Below are positions 61,406 through 64,000 of a stretch of DNA of 64,000 nucleotides, piece by piece. Below the pieces are notes generated by a model, which worked only from the letters and a program-made list of their open reading frames with translations, did no database searches and had not been told where the DNA came from. The position numbers were made by a program, and so were the translations under genes. The stretch lies in assembly GCA_964386855.1 (NCBI GenBank), contig CAYLUF010000001.1, forward strand, positions 56,493-120,492. The letters run 5' to 3'. This DNA comes from an uncultured Candidatus Saccharibacteria bacterium. Its GTDB lineage: Bacteria; Patescibacteriota; Saccharimonadia; Saccharimonadales; Saccharimonadaceae. Positions within the stretch are counted from its first letter, which is position 1. Every line of letters begins with the position of its first letter.

Positions 61406-62044
61406 ATGACATCTATTGAATTTTACTTTGACCCTACCTGCCCCTTTAGCTGGATTACGAGCCGTTGGCTGCTGCAGGTCCAGAGGGACCGTGCTATTGA
61501 CGTGAAATGGCGGCAGTTTAGTTTGGCATTAAAAAATGATGAACTTGAGGCGAAGGATGGCGATAATAAGTACGTTGTGGCGCACCGTGCATCGCACCGG
61601 ATTCACCGAGTGATTGCTAAAGCGGTGGCTGAACACGGCGCCTCCCCTATTGAGCTGTATTCTGAATTTGGGATTCGGTTTCATATTATGGAACGGGCTT
61701 TTGACGACGAGGTGATTGCGGAGGTATTAGCTGCGAAGGGACTTCCGGCCGAGCTTTTGGCGGCGGCGGATGATATGAGCTTAGACGCAGGACTGCAGGC
61801 AGAAATAGATTCTGCTATAGAGGCGGCCGGTGGAGACATTGGCGTGCCGACGATCGTCTTTATGGGCAAGGATAGTGAGCGCCTGGGTTACTTTGGCCCG
61901 GTATTGAATGAGCTTCCGGAAACCACAGAAGAGGCTTTGGCGATCTGGGATGGTCTAGAGAAGCTCGGTACGGCGAAGAGTTTTTATGAGCTGAAGCGGT
62001 CGCGAACGGGCGGACCGAATGTTTTTAGTGCGGCGAGGTGTTAG
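61406..62044 (+). CDS. DsbA-like thioredoxin-fold protein (CxxS variant)
   Basis: 212 aa. The N-terminal FYFDPTCPFSW has CPFS where CxxC is expected. VPTIVF lies near the C-terminal half. Confidence 0.65.
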   Translation: MTSIEFYFDPTCPFSWITSRWLLQVQRDRAIDVKWRQFSLALKNDELEAKDGDNKYVVAHRASHRIHRVIAKAVAEHGASPIELYSEFGIRFHIMERAFDDEVIAEVLAAKGLPAELLAAADDMSLDAGLQAEIDSAIEAAGGDIGVPTIVFMGKDSERLGYFGPVLNELPETTEEALAIWDGLEKLGTAKSFYELKRSRTGGPNVFSAARC

Positions 62045-62676
62045 CTAGCCCGGTCTGCAATTAATCCGAGCGTAGAGGCGGCCCGCACGACTTCTTCATA
62101 CGTTGCCGACCTATCTTCATCTTCTGACTGCGAAAGCCGCCACAGCTCCTCTGCGGTGCTTATAAGGCTACGTGAAACACTATTGCGTAGGTAGTCTGGG
62201 TTAAAATTACCTAGCCGTACCCTATCAAGGTTATCTGCGTCTTTTAGGATGGATAGTTCCGCTGTCATGACGGGCGCTTCTTTATCTGGCAGCGCGTGCC
62301 AGTGCACGGCGTAGGTGGAGGTGTCTAATTCTTCTGGTGTCATTTTCTGCGCCAGATGTTCGTTCATCCAAGTGGCCGAATGCCGACCGTGGTCCGGGTC
62401 GCGGTCGTCATTAACGCGGCCAACGTCATGTGCTATAGCTGCGTAGCGAAGCGCGGTGCGGTCAATTTTCACACCCTGCTCTTCTAGTTTGGTGCAGATA
62501 AGTTCCTGTAAGATAAACACCCGAGTGAGGTGATCAATGCCGTGAAAATAGCTGTCATGCGATAGCCACGCCCGGCGCGGTTCAAATGCATGGAGGAGGT
62601 GTTCTGGGATTCTAGTCATTTGTGACAATAGGAAGAACCACCGTGATGAGCTCTTCGTCTTTCCGGCGTTTATCAT
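62041..62676 (-). CDS. HD-domain phosphohydrolase
   Basis: HGIDHLTRV and AIAHDVGR (H...HD). The true start may be MTRIPEH at 62619. Confidence 0.7.
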   Translation of the reverse strand: MINAGKTKSSSRWFFLLSQMTRIPEHLLHAFEPRRAWLSHDSYFHGIDHLTRVFILQELICTKLEEQGVKIDRTALRYAAIAHDVGRVNDDRDPDHGRHSATWMNEHLAQKMTPEELDTSTYAVHWHALPDKEAPVMTAELSILKDADNLDRVRLGNFNPDYLRNSVSRSLISTAEELWRLSQSEDEDRSATYEEVVRAASTLGLIADRAS

Positions 62677-62705
62677 CTTCTTTTGAATCTTGCGGTACCT
62701 TCATA

Positions 62706-62942
62706 CTACTCAGTATACTCCCCTTTTATCTCAAACACTTTGTGCTTCGAGGTGTGCCCGCGCACAAGCCGTACGTTTGATTTGCTGACGCCGAAGTGCT
62801 TGGCGAGGAGTTGGATGGCGGCGAGGTTGGCTTTGTTTTCTACCGCCGGGGCTTTGGCGTGGATGGTGTAGGTGCCGTCTTCGCCCAGGATGACACCTTC
62901 GCGGTGTTTTGAGTTGGGTTTGAGGTGGGTGTGGATTTGCAT
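62706..62942 (-). CDS. DUF167 (YggU) family protein
   Basis: 78 aa from MQIHTHLKPNSK. APAVENKANLAAIQLLAKHFGVSKSNVRLVRGHTSKHKVFEI matches the YggU pattern. Confidence 0.75.
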   Translation of the reverse strand: MQIHTHLKPNSKHREGVILGEDGTYTIHAKAPAVENKANLAAIQLLAKHFGVSKSNVRLVRGHTSKHKVFEIKGEYTE

Positions 62943-62947
62943 AGCGG

Positions 62948-63454
62948 CTAAGCCTCTTCTGGTTGGTAGTGCGGAGTGACCGCCTGTTCTAGCCAATCAC
63001 CAAGCTTTGCCCATTGTATAGTATTGTTCAGCTCCTGAACATCAATAAGTGAATACCCGATTACAGAACCGCCAGAATCTGTGTGAAATTCACCAAGTTT
63101 TTCAAGCTCTGCGTACACTCTGAGTTGATATTCTACTTCGTCACTTCCCTCTTGAGTGTTCTTTTGATAGCCTAGTGGGATCCAGTTAATTGCGCGCATA
63201 TTGAGTTCTTCGCTCAATTCTCTTTGAAGCGCGTCCTCTACGGATTCGCCCGCCTCGATACCTCCGCCTGGAAGGTTGTCTTTATGATCTACATAGTGCA
63301 CGATGGGCACTTTCCCGGAGTAGTTCCCTACGGCGTAGACTTGGCTCCAAGGGAGGCTTGGGAGAGGTTCATGTGCTGTAAGTGGGAAGAATTCTAAGGC
63401 GTAGGTGGTGTTTTTGTGGAGGAAGGTTTCGGTGATGATCGGGCTATTATTCAA
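62948..63454 (-). CDS. NUDIX hydrolase
   Basis: 168 aa with the Nudix box GGGIEAGESVEDALQRELSEELN. Confidence 0.85.
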   Translation of the reverse strand: MNNSPIITETFLHKNTTYALEFFPLTAHEPLPSLPWSQVYAVGNYSGKVPIVHYVDHKDNLPGGGIEAGESVEDALQRELSEELNMRAINWIPLGYQKNTQEGSDEVEYQLRVYAELEKLGEFHTDSGGSVIGYSLIDVQELNNTIQWAKLGDWLEQAVTPHYQPEEA

Positions 63455-63484
63455 AGCTGCCTACTTTCTAGTTTGCCTAAGGAT

Positions 63485-64000
63485 TTACGTGCGGACGGCT
63501 TTCTTTAGACCATATGTATCATCCGCATCTAGTAGCACTATGTCCTTCATATCCTTCAGCTTCTTACCTCCAGATACCCAATGTGCCGCACCCTGATAGG
63601 AGCCACTGGGATTAAGCTGCCCCTTTTGTTCAAATAGTCTTCGTGTTAATGGAGATAGCTTCCACACCTGTCCTTCATATTCAACTTCGCGCTCACCAAC
63701 AACGATGGCTGTAATAGAGGGGTCTGCTGCGAATGTAACGACGCTACCGTCGTGCATACCTTTTCGATAAAAGCTAAATAGTGCAGATTGCTTTCTGCTC
63801 TTCGATACTTCATCAAATTCACGCTCCTTGTCAATAGATTCGGGGTAGATAACCTTACCATCAAATGAGGGTAGTAGTTGCTGGGTCAGGTCCTCTTCTA
63901 GTGCAAATAGCTCGCTTGTGCCGACTCGGTGCTTACTGAATATTTCATGCAACAAACTCTCCTTGTCGCCGTAATCCTCGAGCTCGATTGCAAAGAATCG
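63485..64000 (-). CDS. Partial CDS running off the window; C-terminal DUF4357-like region, possible GIY-YIG/T5orf172-type N-terminus off-window
   Basis: The reading frame is open from 63485 to the window edge (upstream residues RFFAIELEDYGDKESL precede the track's TTG start). HEIFSKHRVGTSELFAL resembles the end of a T5orf172 domain. Low certainty. Confidence 0.4.
   Translation of the reverse strand, partial: RFFAIELEDYGDKESLLHEIFSKHRVGTSELFALEEDLTQQLLPSFDGKVIYPESIDKEREFDEVSKSRKQSALFSFYRKGMHDGSVVTFAADPSITAIVVGEREVEYEGQVWKLSPLTRRLFEQKGQLNPSGSYQGAAHWVSGGKKLKDMKDIVLLDADDTYGLKKAVRT

Noticed and set aside
1-64000. Search for tRNA, rRNA, tmRNA, CRISPR arrays, integrases and transposases
   Set aside because: No T-loop GGTTCGAATCC-type motif occurs in any intergenic region. 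No regularly spaced direct repeats and no recombinase or transposase-like ORF were seen. This was inspection by eye, so tRNAscan-SE, Infernal and a CRISPR finder should confirm the absence.

Overview
Dense, almost entirely protein-coding chromosomal segment: about 66 CDS and roughly 49-50% GC, judged by eye. It comes from a small-genome bacterium. The reduced dcw cluster, type IV pilin, leaderless-type promoters and many orphan hypotheticals fit Candidatus Saccharibacteria/Patescibacteria, but that assignment is inference only. Housekeeping content: lysS, serS, hpf, secA, two tandem M16 peptidases, murD with a start/stop-overlapping PP-loop protein, prfB (single ORF, no frameshift), ftsEX followed by a coiled-coil CHAP hydrolase and a Ctp protease, rpmA, xseAB, a sensor-less histidine kinase with REC-only regulators, recO, glyQS, rnhA, a Pif1-like helicase and yvcK. 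The dcw cluster reads mraZ-rsmH-ftsL-ftsI-mraY-ftsW-murG-[pilin]-ftsQ and then stops abruptly. I recognised no rRNA, tRNA, CRISPR array, integrase or transposase. Most worth following up: (1) a same-strand block at 34.6-39.5 kb with a KwaB/DUF4868-like protein, two orphans, a Pif1-like helicase and an AT-rich small membrane protein, which could be a variant defence module; (2) an AT-rich 950-bp non-coding tract where ftsA/ftsZ would be expected, followed by a GC-richer convergent orphan pair (51.7-54.2 kb); (3) murD coupled to a PP-loop protein that may be a MurL-type epimerase; (4) a type IV pilin fused to a FISUMP domain inside the dcw cluster; (5) a roughly 330-bp repeat-flanked non-coding insertion between mraZ and rsmH; (6) window-wide leaderless promoter architecture; (7) a roughly 150-nt structured leader upstream of rpmA. 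All function calls rest on motif recognition by eye; no database search or folding program was run.
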